Shown: positions 57,757-64,000 of the stretch, in pieces | How positions within the stretch are numbered: the stretch's first letter is position 1 | How the letters are laid out: each line of letters begins with the position of its first letter | From: Candidatus Woesebacteria bacterium GW2011_GWA1_39_21 | GTDB lineage: Bacteria > Patescibacteriota > Microgenomatia > UBA8517 | Length of the DNA: 64,000 bases | Assembly: GCA_000993685.1 (NCBI GenBank) | Contig: LBWP01000006.1 | Span: forward strand, 5,356-69,355 | Reading direction: 5' to 3' | Made by a program: the position numbers and the translations under genes | The notes under the pieces: model-generated | Told to the model about the DNA's origin: nothing | Seen by the model: the letters and a program-made list of their open reading frames with translations, nothing else | The model's database searches: none

Positions 57757-59083
57757 ACTTCTGGATAAAATCGACAACTATTACAAATTTAGAAAAGCCA
57801 ATCTCAAGCATCTTCCCCTGCTTCCGGGAATTTACCTGTTTCTCAACTTTGAGAAGAAAATAATTTATATCGGAAAGGCAAAATCATTAAGAGAACGCGT
57901 CAAATCGTACTTTAACAAAAACCTCTACGGAAAAACTGACCGGCTCGTGAAATCTGTTGACTGCTTTTCCTTCATCAAAGTCGAAAGTGAAGTCGAGTCA
58001 ATTCTACTGGAGGCCAAACTAATTTCTAAATACAAACCCGTTTATAATATATCCCTCAAAGACGATAAAAGTCCAATTTATGTGTACCTAACAAACGCAG
58101 ATCTACCCTATCTAACACTTTCGAGAAAAAAACAAATTGATGCAAAAGCAAAATCCGTTTGGGGACCATTCACTAATTCTGGGAATTTAAAGTGGCTGTT
58201 AAAATCTATCAGAAGAATTGTTCCCTACGCAAACCATAAACCGTCAAATAAAAACTGCCTCTATTCGCAGATGGGATTATGTAATCCCTGTCCTTCGCAA
58301 ATAGTTTTGGAAGAAAATGCCGATAAACATACACAGCTGATCAGGCAATATAAAAAGAACCTCTCAAACATTAGGTTATTTTTTGCAGGGCACTTTAAGA
58401 AGCTGGAGGGGATTTTACTTCAGCAAATGAAGACGTCATCGCAAAATCAGGATTATGAAAAGGCACAAATATTTAAGAATCGAGTCACGATCCTTAAGGA
58501 AATAACCTCGCCGCGAATCATTCCTGAAACATACATACAGGACCCATATTATTCAGATAAAGTTACCAAAAGCCGATTAAACAGCTTAAAAACTTTTTTA
58601 AACAGATTCATGCCAGTAACTTCTGTTGAAAAAATTGAATGTTACGACATCGCACACCTGCAAGGTACTAACGCTGCCGGATCGATGGTCGTGTTTCACC
58701 AGGGAAAACCAGACAGATCTAAGTACCGACATTTCCGTCTCCGCGTGTCCAAAAATTCAGATGTTGATTCTCTAAACGAAATAATTAAAAGACGCACCAA
58801 CCATTTCTACGATTGGGGAATACCTGATTTAATCATCGTCGATGGTGGCAAAGGACAAGTAAACGTCTTCAAAAAAGCGGTCGGTCAATACAACATTCCC
58901 GTTGTCGGGATCGCAAAACGCTTTGAACGTTTGCTTATCCCCACCTCCAGCGGTTTCATACAAACCAAACCCGACGAGGGAGCACTTTTCATCGTCGAAT
59001 ATCTCCGTGACGAAGCCCATCGTTTTGCACAACGTTATCACCACATGCTAGTTTCTAAAAATCTTTTAAATATTGTAGAATGA
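57749..59083 (+). CDS. uvrC: excinuclease ABC subunit C (short form)
   Basis: GIY-YIG N-terminus GIYLFLNFEKKIIYIGKAKSLRERV; UvrBC-binding and endonuclease regions. 444 aa; the C-terminal HhH region appears reduced. Confidence 0.85.
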   Translation: MIKLLDKIDNYYKFRKANLKHLPLLPGIYLFLNFEKKIIYIGKAKSLRERVKSYFNKNLYGKTDRLVKSVDCFSFIKVESEVESILLEAKLISKYKPVYNISLKDDKSPIYVYLTNADLPYLTLSRKKQIDAKAKSVWGPFTNSGNLKWLLKSIRRIVPYANHKPSNKNCLYSQMGLCNPCPSQIVLEENADKHTQLIRQYKKNLSNIRLFFAGHFKKLEGILLQQMKTSSQNQDYEKAQIFKNRVTILKEITSPRIIPETYIQDPYYSDKVTKSRLNSLKTFLNRFMPVTSVEKIECYDIAHLQGTNAAGSMVVFHQGKPDRSKYRHFRLRVSKNSDVDSLNEIIKRRTNHFYDWGIPDLIIVDGGKGQVNVFKKAVGQYNIPVVGIAKRFERLLIPTSSGFIQTKPDEGALFIVEYLRDEAHRFAQRYHHMLVSKNLLNIVE

Positions 59084-59087
59084 GCTT

Positions 59088-59489
59088 ATGCGTCGGATAT
59101 TACGTCACCTTGTAATCGACACTTTTTGCTTGTATCTGGTTTCGGCAGTTGCTTCCGGAATTTCTTTTGGCAATGGATTTACAACACTGATTTTGGCAGG
59201 AATCGCCATCACTTGTGTATCACTTTTTGCAAAACCAGTCATCAACATTCTACTTCTGCCAATCAACCTAATTACATTCGGCCTCTTTCGTTGGGTTGCA
59301 TCATCCTTTGTGATTTACATTACATCACTACTTATCCCTGCTTTTAAAATTAGCTATTTTCACTTTTCAGGTTTTTCATCAAAGTGGATTGATATTCCTG
59401 TACTTAATTTTGAAGGCTTCTTAGCATATGTAGCTTTCTCTTTTTTGTTCTCAATCATTTCATCTTTTATTTATTGGCTTATCAAATGA
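59088..59489 (+). CDS. four-TM membrane protein, DUF360/holin-4-like
   Basis: 133 aa; hydrophobic pattern only. Confidence 0.3.
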   Translation: MRRILRHLVIDTFCLYLVSAVASGISFGNGFTTLILAGIAITCVSLFAKPVINILLLPINLITFGLFRWVASSFVIYITSLLIPAFKISYFHFSGFSSKWIDIPVLNFEGFLAYVAFSFLFSIISSFIYWLIK

Positions 59490-59512
59490 ATGCAATTTGA
59501 TATAATATAGAA

Positions 59513-59725
59513 ATGCAAAATATCTTATTAATTGTCCAAGTAGTACTTTCGCTCGTCTTGATATTTTTCATTCTTATCCAAAATAAAGGAACCGGCTTCG
59601 GAAGAGTGTGGGGAACCTCTTCTTCTTTCACAAGACGCGGTCTTGAAAAGCTGATCTTTCGGCTCACTTTCTTTCTGACCGCTTTCTTTGTCATCCTTTC
59701 GCTAATCAATACAACATTTAGTTAA
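59513..59725 (+). CDS. secG: preprotein translocase subunit SecG
   Basis: LIFFILIQNKGTGFGRVWG matches the SecG LxQxxKGxxxGxxFG core. Two TM helices, 70 aa. Confidence 0.65.
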   Translation: MQNILLIVQVVLSLVLIFFILIQNKGTGFGRVWGTSSSFTRRGLEKLIFRLTFFLTAFFVILSLINTTFS

Positions 59726-59743
59726 ACAAGGCTCAATAATTTA

Positions 59744-61048
59744 ATGAGATTTTTTTTAAAACTAGTTCTGGCATTTATCATAAAGTTCCGCGGTGTAATA
59801 ATTTTTGGAATAATCATGGGATGCGCGCTTTCAATTTTTTTAATAAAAAAACTTCCCTCGATCCATTTGAAAACGACAGCTAATATCGGTTACACCGGAA
59901 GATATACCATCGACGAGTTGCCGTATGAAATTTCATCACTCATCAGTCGCGGTCTTGTCAAAAGCGAAGCGTCAGGTGAAATTTATGGAGATCTGGCGGA
60001 AAGCTGGTCAATTGAAGATAACGGGAAACGTTGGGTCTTTCGTCTTAAGGACAATGTCTATTGGCAAGATCGTAAGAAATTTTCCGTAAACGACACTAAC
60101 TATAATTTTCAAGACGTGGCTATCGAAAAGTCCGGTAACGCAATTATCTTTAATCTAAACGAACCCTACATTCCTTTTATTGTACTTTTGGAAAAACCTA
60201 TTTTTAAAAAAGGTTTATTAGGAACCGGCGAATGGAAAGTAAAAAACTTATCTCTTAAGGGTGGCTACATTCAAAAGATAACCCTTTCCGAAGGAAGCGA
60301 AACGCAAAATATCAAATTTTATCCAACGGAAGAACAACTGAAGTTTGCGTTCAAGATGGGTGAAGTAAGCATTGCTAAAAATCTAAGCTCACCGATTCCG
60401 TTTGAAAAGTGGGACGACACAAAAGTGGAAAAGAATGTAAAAAATAATCAGGTAGTCGTCATTTTTTTTAATACTGGTGACACATTCTTGGCAGATAAAA
60501 ACTTCAGGCTTGCTCTAAACTATTCAATCGACAAAAGTGTTTTCGAATCAAGGGCGCTATCCCCAATAAACCCGGAATCATATTTTTATAATCCACAGGT
60601 GAAAAGTTACGATTTCGATCTTGAAAAAGCCAGGTCGCTCTTAAAAGACATTCAAGATAAGCTTCCGAACGACTATGTCATCAAACTTATTTCGTCACCA
60701 AACCTGATCGACACGGCTGAAAATGTTTCAAAGATGTGGCGGGATTTAGGTATCAATTCAAACGTATTAGTGTCATCGGTCATCCCTTCGGATTACCAGG
60801 CGTTTATCACCGTTTTTGATATTCCCAAGGATCCAGACCAGTATTCACTGTGGCACTCAACACAAACGCAAACAAATATCACAAAATATAAAAATCTTCG
60901 AATTGATAAACTGCTGGAGGAGGGAAGGGTCGAAATGGATAGAGAGGACAGGAAAAAAACATATCTTGATTTTCAAAGATATTTGTTAGAAGATTCTCCC
61001 GCAATCTTTCTCTTTCATCCGATATGGTATAATGTTTTCAGAAATTAG
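59744..61048 (+). CDS. ABC transporter substrate-binding protein, family 5 (peptide/nickel type), membrane-anchored, apparently C-terminally short
   Basis: GLVKSEASGEIYGDLAESWSIEDNGKRWVFRLKDNVYWQD is typical SBP_bac_5. No cognate permease or ATPase genes nearby. Confidence 0.7.
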   Translation: MRFFLKLVLAFIIKFRGVIIFGIIMGCALSIFLIKKLPSIHLKTTANIGYTGRYTIDELPYEISSLISRGLVKSEASGEIYGDLAESWSIEDNGKRWVFRLKDNVYWQDRKKFSVNDTNYNFQDVAIEKSGNAIIFNLNEPYIPFIVLLEKPIFKKGLLGTGEWKVKNLSLKGGYIQKITLSEGSETQNIKFYPTEEQLKFAFKMGEVSIAKNLSSPIPFEKWDDTKVEKNVKNNQVVVIFFNTGDTFLADKNFRLALNYSIDKSVFESRALSPINPESYFYNPQVKSYDFDLEKARSLLKDIQDKLPNDYVIKLISSPNLIDTAENVSKMWRDLGINSNVLVSSVIPSDYQAFITVFDIPKDPDQYSLWHSTQTQTNITKYKNLRIDKLLEEGRVEMDREDRKKTYLDFQRYLLEDSPAIFLFHPIWYNVFRN

Positions 61049-61385
61049 TATGAACGGTTCATTCCCCAAAACGCATAACTATATTACCTCACTCGACATG
61101 ACACATTGCGACGAGTTAGACCAGGTGACGAAAGAGCTTATGGAAAATGAAGCAGGTTATGAGCGTGCCTCACAAGCTCTACGAAGAAGATTTGTCAGAG
61201 GCGCGCAAAATGTTTCAGCAATTGAGAGAGGAAACAGAAAAACTAAAATTAAGCGCACTGGCGAAAATGGCAAATATCGTTATTTTATCGAGGGTGTAGA
61301 TGGAAGCTGGAGTGAACCACAAGAACGGATTTGGGTCGTTTCAATGTTTGCGCTTTGGCAACGAAAGCGAAGAATAACACGATGA
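61032..61385 (+). CDS. hypothetical protein
   Basis: 117-aa ORF with no motif; overlaps the SBP gene end by 17 nt. Confidence 0.25.
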   Translation: MFSEISMNGSFPKTHNYITSLDMTHCDELDQVTKELMENEAGYERASQALRRRFVRGAQNVSAIERGNRKTKIKRTGENGKYRYFIEGVDGSWSEPQERIWVVSMFALWQRKRRITR

Positions 61386-61539
61386 ACCTTGTTTTGGCAA
61401 GCGAGTTAAGAAAAAAAATCCCCGACCTTTTAAAGACTTTTTTCCATCTTATTTTCCTTATTATTTTGCTTCAATACACAATTTAAAACAGAAGTCTTAC
61501 GAATTCTTGTTTGCTCACTCCAAGTCAGATAATACAATA

Positions 61540-61773
61540 TTAAGAGATCTCTTTTTTCATCTCGTCAAACTCTTTTTTACTAAGTTCTCCTTTTGCGTAA
61601 CGCTCTTTGAGAATATCCAAAGCTTTACTCGATGAACCATTTTCAGAATGTCCACCGCGTTTAAATAATGCCAAAACCAGTACAAATAAAAGCACCCAAA
61701 ATGCCACTACAGCAAGTGTTCCAAAAAATCCAAAGCCATTATGCATCATTGGCGACCAGTGGTAATAACCCAT
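61540..61773 (-). CDS. SHOCT domain-containing small membrane protein
   Basis: N-terminal TM helix; C-terminal ALDILKERYAKGELSKKEFDEMKKEI is the SHOCT motif. Confidence 0.6.
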   Translation of the reverse strand: MGYYHWSPMMHNGFGFFGTLAVVAFWVLLFVLVLALFKRGGHSENGSSSKALDILKERYAKGELSKKEFDEMKKEIS

Positions 61774-61908
61774 TTTCTTTCACCTCCTTAATTCTAAAAA
61801 AAGTATAATCACTAAATCTGAAATTTAGCTGTAGTAATTTAAAAATAATTGTAAAGCAGTCTACTAGTTGAAGATTGGTAAAAAAATAAGTATAACCTTT
61901 AGCAATAG

Positions 61909-62364
61909 CTACTTTAATATATTTCTTCCGTAGTACTCAATTCGCCAGACGTCACCGGTTTCAGTATAGCAATAGTGAACAGCAATGGCCTTTTGGTCAC
62001 AATAACTAAACTGTACAACCCTATTGTTTGATAAAGTAATTTTTTCGTAATCACGAAAACAATTATTATTGCTTTTATCACAATAAGATTTATATACGGC
62101 TTCGGCATTGCGGCACGGTTGGCTGTAGTTTAAAGGACAGGCATAAACAAGCCTGTTAGAAACAATGTACGATCTAAATAAGAAATATCCCGTTAACACC
62201 CAAAAAGCAAACGATAGATAATATTTCAGTCTTGAACTGCTCTCTTGTCCAACTTCAGGAACCTTTAATGGATTTTTGCTTTTTCGAAACAACGAAACTA
62301 GCGATTTCAACAGCGTATATGGTAAAAGATATATTTGCCCAAGAACCTTAATTAAAAACTTCAT
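61909..62364 (-). CDS. hypothetical membrane-anchored Cys-rich protein
   Basis: 151 aa; TM helix then an extracytoplasmic domain with 8 Cys. Confidence 0.3.
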   Translation of the reverse strand: MKFLIKVLGQIYLLPYTLLKSLVSLFRKSKNPLKVPEVGQESSSRLKYYLSFAFWVLTGYFLFRSYIVSNRLVYACPLNYSQPCRNAEAVYKSYCDKSNNNCFRDYEKITLSNNRVVQFSYCDQKAIAVHYCYTETGDVWRIEYYGRNILK

Positions 62365-62456
62365 AGTAATTTAGCTTACTTAGTATTTATGATTGCGATA
62401 GGGAAGTCAAATTAGATTCGCGATAAAAAGCGAATGTGTGGTTACTAATTTACGTT

Positions 62457-62921
62457 TTAACTTTTCTGCTTTTCCCATTGTCTTAACAGAAAAAGACACT
62501 CTTTTTCAAAGTCGGGAATAAAAAGAGTTTCAATCTTTTTATTATTTTTATCATTTAGAGTTTTATTATTTGTTAGACCTTCATAATAAAATTTCTTAAC
62601 CATTTCCGGTGTTTTTCTGCAAGCATATACAATTTTTGATATTCCAGCCCAGTTGGCAACAGAGAAGCACATGTTGCAGCACTCAAGAGATTCATATAAA
62701 ACTGCGCCGTCTAAATGGGTAGAACCAATTGTTTTACACGCCTTTCTAATTGCAGAGGTCTCTGCATGCTCTGTTGGGTCATGTAGTTTAGATCCAAGAC
62801 TTACTCCTTCCGCAACAACCTTTCCGTCCTTAACTATAACTGCTCCGGCAGGGAAGCCACCATTTTGAACGGATTTTTTTGCTTGTTCAAGCGCAAGTAG
62901 AAGAAAGTCTTTATCAACCAT
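62457..62921 (-). CDS. CDA-fold nucleoside/nucleotide deaminase (TadA/guanine deaminase-like)
   Basis: HAE zinc motif (HAETSAIRKA) and the C-x-x-C of CCNMC. Confidence 0.75.
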   Translation of the reverse strand: MVDKDFLLLALEQAKKSVQNGGFPAGAVIVKDGKVVAEGVSLGSKLHDPTEHAETSAIRKACKTIGSTHLDGAVLYESLECCNMCFSVANWAGISKIVYACRKTPEMVKKFYYEGLTNNKTLNDKNNKKIETLFIPDFEKECLFLLRQWEKQKS

Positions 62922-63004
62922 ATTATGCTTATTTTAACATCCGGCTTTCTAATTTAACACATCACTACAAAGGCATACTTTTTAAATGTATAATTGATTT
63001 ACGC

Positions 63005-63490
63005 ATGAAAGACTTAAACAAGTTGGCTAAGGAAATTGTGCTAAATAATCAGTATTTAACGCTAAACACAATTAATGGAGGCGGGAAGCCTTGGTCGTGT
63101 ATTCTTGCCTACACATTTGATAGCAATTTCAATTTTTACTTTGTTTCACTTCCAAGTTCAGGCCACTCAAAACATATCGAAAAGTCAGAAGATGTGGCCT
63201 TCACAATTTTTGATTCTACCCAAGGTTTTAGTATTGGTGTCGGGTTGCAAATCGAAGCAAAGGCAAAGAGACTACACGAAGAAAAAATTCCTGAAATTAC
63301 AAAGACTTATTTTGAAAGAAAATACCCATATGGAGACATTTCAAACGACTTTACCGTTGGTCTAAAGAAATTTCTTAATGAAGGAATTTACATCTTTTAC
63401 CAACTCACTCCAACCCGCATTTGGATAAATGATCCAAATGCCAATACAGACAAACGGGTTGAGATATCATTAAAAGAAACTCGCACCTAG
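63005..63490 (+). CDS. pyridoxamine 5'-phosphate oxidase-like FMN-binding split-barrel protein
   Basis: LAKEIVLNNQYLTLNTINGGGKPWSCILAYTFDS pattern. I take the ATG at 63005, since the longer track ORF from 62879 would overlap the deaminase gene. Confidence 0.4.
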   Translation: MKDLNKLAKEIVLNNQYLTLNTINGGGKPWSCILAYTFDSNFNFYFVSLPSSGHSKHIEKSEDVAFTIFDSTQGFSIGVGLQIEAKAKRLHEEKIPEITKTYFERKYPYGDISNDFTVGLKKFLNEGIYIFYQLTPTRIWINDPNANTDKRVEISLKETRT

Positions 63491-63596
63491 TATTGGAGAA
63501 ATTGCAACAAAAGGTCTGATTGACAATTCTAGTAGAACAAGGGCGCATTGTTCATTGATTGCTTCCTGCTATTTCGTGAACTAAAATACCATTGCA

Positions 63597-64000
63597 ATGA
63601 AAAAGATTATATTTTTACAGAGTTGGTATTCTAAAATCACTGACAATTGGTACCCCTGGCTCAAAAAGGAACTTGAGAAAAAGGGCTATACAACATTTTT
63701 CCCTGATATCCCGGAAATGCGTAAAAACGTACCCGCCATGAGAAAGATTCTTAAATACATCGAGTCTTTAAATATAATTGATAATAATACGCTTATAATT
63801 GGGCATAGTCTCGGTAATTTATTGGCGATGCGTCTGGGTGAAAAATTTCAATACAAACAAATGATTTTGGTGTCTGTTTGGGATTATGATGACTTATGCG
63901 AAGGGCACAGGCTATTTTGGAAAACAAAAATAAATCATTCGAAAATTAAAAACCATGTCAAAAACATTGCCGTGATTCATTCAGACAACGACCCGTACTA
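63597..64000 (+). CDS. alpha/beta hydrolase (YdeN/RBBP9-like serine hydrolase), 3'-truncated by window end
   Basis: GHSLG nucleophile-elbow motif; the ORF runs off the window. Confidence 0.5.
   Translation, partial: MKKIIFLQSWYSKITDNWYPWLKKELEKKGYTTFFPDIPEMRKNVPAMRKILKYIESLNIIDNNTLIIGHSLGNLLAMRLGEKFQYKQMILVSVWDYDDLCEGHRLFWKTKINHSKIKNHVKNIAVIHSDNDPY

Noticed and set aside
62879-63004. Long form of the PNPOx-like ORF, overlapping the convergent deaminase gene.
   Set aside because: The recognisable domain starts at the internal ATG at 63005. The 5' extension is just the antisense of the deaminase C-terminus.
1-64000. Alternative genetic code (for example code 25 with TGA as Gly, used by some candidate phyla).
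   Set aside because: TGA terminates several well-conserved genes at positions consistent with homologues (e.g. 13292, 26088, 32265). All three stop codons are used, so this is the standard code.
1-64000. CRISPR array or cas genes; integrase, transposase or recombinase; restriction-modification or other recognisable defence modules; toxin-antitoxin pairs.
   Set aside because: I scanned both strands for regularly spaced direct repeats and for hallmark motifs and found none. The two SAM methyltransferases sit in the glycan operon, have no DNA-MTase motifs (no DPPY/NPPY) and no endonuclease partner.

Overview
This 64 kb window is AT-rich (roughly 35-38% GC by eye) and densely packed with short-spaced, mostly plus-strand genes. 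It uses the standard bacterial genetic code: TAA, TAG and TGA each terminate well-supported genes. The gene content looks like a small-genome Patescibacteria/CPR-like bacterium; this is an inference from content and style only. I see three blocks. (1) Positions 1-22.6 kb hold a large cell-envelope glycosylation locus. It encodes at least four ArnT/PMT-type GT-C membrane glycosyltransferases (two inside unusual fusions: GT-C+GH5 and GT2+GT-C), a GT4-LmbE deacetylase fusion, a DPM1-like polyprenol-phosphate sugar synthase, three further GT2/GT4 enzymes, two SAM methyltransferases, a sugar-nucleotide epimerase, a Wzx-like flippase, a Wzy/WaaL-like ligase gene split by a 95-nt palindromic element, and an Ig-like surface protein. 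(2) Positions 22.6-30.5 kb hold tRNA-Thr, tRNA-Gly and tRNA-Asp interspersed with small ORFs, an EEP-family nuclease/phosphatase, a LysM protein, a PolX polymerase, a LemA-HtpX pair, and two short repeat families. (3) Positions 30.5-64 kb are housekeeping: gatC-gatA-MFS-gatB, dnaE, rplS, yraN, ruvC, a pgm / pgi-pmi / ppsA / eno sugar-phosphate cluster, DedA, lexA-uvrB-uvrA-(transglutaminase-like)-uvrC, secG, an orphan peptide-type SBP, a deaminase and others. I found no CRISPR array, no integrase or transposase, and no recognisable defence or toxin-antitoxin system. The genuinely unusual items are the domain fusions, the miniature palindromic element whose precise excision restores the Wzy-like ORF, the paired repeat families, and an ORF with an in-frame TAA.
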